Below, piece after piece: positions 62,984-64,000 of a stretch of DNA of 64,000 nucleotides (its first letter is position 1; every line of letters starts with the position of its first letter). The notes under the pieces are model-generated. The model did no database searches. It saw only the letters and a program-made list of their open reading frames with translations, and was not told the DNA's origin. Origin of the DNA: Callorhinchus milii (Eukaryota); contig NW_024704743.1 of assembly GCF_018977255.1 (NCBI RefSeq), forward strand, positions 65,350,001 through 65,414,000, read 5' to 3'. Both the position numbers and the translations under genes were made by a program.

Positions 62984-63298
62984 GTGGAGTCCTGTAGCTC
63001 AGTGGTTAGAGCACTCGCCTCGCAAGCAAGAGGCTTGGGTTCGATTCCCGGCAGGGTGAAACCTTGGGCAAGTTTCCTTACTCCGCACGCCTGATAGTAA
63101 TCGCTCAAGAAAAAAACCAATAATAAATTGTTCATGTCAATCCATGCCTGTTTGTGGGACACTGCTGTGTGCAATTGGCTGCTGCATTTCACCCACAAAT
63201 ATACAGTCAATTCACTTCACAGTCTATTCTGTGAAGCGCTTTGAGACGTCTGGAAGATGTGAAAAGCGCTATATCAATTGCAAGGATTATTATTATAA
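62984..63298 (+). mobile_element. Full-length tRNA-derived SINE with L2-type tail
   Basis: A box TAGCTCAGTGG, B box GTTCGATTCCC, 3' gtgaagcgctttgagacgtc..gcgctatatca..gcaagg(ATT)n. Many truncated copies across the window. Confidence 0.9.
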
Positions 63299-63773
63299 TG
63301 TTATTTCCTAAAAGAAAACTATCTCATCTGAGTTTGAAAGAATCAACCCGTCTCCCTAGGGAGTCTGTTCCACAGGTTCACTGTTTGTTCACTGAAATAG
63401 TGTTTGGTAGATTCGTTCTGAATTTCCCCCCTTCAATCGCAGGCCGTGTCCTCTGGTGTTACAATTCTGGACAAGTTGAAGCAGCCTGTCATGATCTGTA
63501 TTATCTCGCCCCTTTAGAATCTTGTGCCTAATATCTCAACCCCTGCCTCCCAACCTTTAGATTAACTTTCAGTAAACAATGCGTTGAAACCGGCCATTCT
63601 AAAATTGGCAAAATAATTCAAAAACGATTGAACGATGATAATAACCATCGGGCTTGTGATTTCAGGGTCCAGGCGATGCGCTGAGCTGCCGGTGAAGCAA
63701 CATCAATGAATAAAATAAAATAACTTCCCGAAACTTGTAGATTGGATGACAGGATGGAATTCAGTTTAGCAGC

Positions 63774-63812
63774 AGTGTGTGTGTGTGTGTGTGTGTGTGT
63801 CTGTGTGTGTGT
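63774..63812. repeat. (GT)n microsatellite
   Basis: Directly visible. Confidence 0.9.
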
Positions 63813-64000
63813 TCACATAACACAACTCAAATCATAACCCTGACTGTGGCATCTTCTCCTCAACATCCCCTCCATCCTCCTATACCTCTCTCCCCCCTCC
63901 TCTCTCCCCTCCCCTCCCTGTGGTTTCCTGTTTGCCTGCACTCTGCTCTATTGTGTGGCTGTGGCTGGAGACAGGGAAACACAAAGAGCAGTGGGATGAG

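Noticed and set aside
62984..63060. tRNA-like sequence
   Set aside because: It is the head of a SINE and continues into the SINE body and tail; no proper acceptor stem.

Overview
Vertebrate genomic DNA, most likely from a cartilaginous fish and probably a holocephalan/chimaera (inferred from the SINE/L2/CR1/Penelope repeat content). The window holds the 3' part of a + strand PKD1L1 (polycystin-1-like 1) gene. I traced 43 coding exons by hand from 2271 to the stop at 60698. All introns are GT-AG and all phases are consistent, giving about 2360 uninterrupted codons: REJ region, GAIN/GPS, TM1, PLAT/LH2, TM2-5, the polycystin channel domain and a long C-tail. The 5' exons lie upstream of the window. 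The introns are densely filled with tRNA-derived SINEs (including Deu-domain-like ones), L2 and CR1 fragments, one Penelope-like element and TA-flanked MITEs. Most notable observations: an intact canonical GPS autoproteolysis site (CSCDHL/TTF), a roughly 310-aa C-terminal extension relative to human PKD1L1 as I recall it, a composite SINE-unique-L2 element sharing junctions across three loci, and a decayed Penelope hammerhead ribozyme. All homology calls come from recalled sequence, not from a database search.
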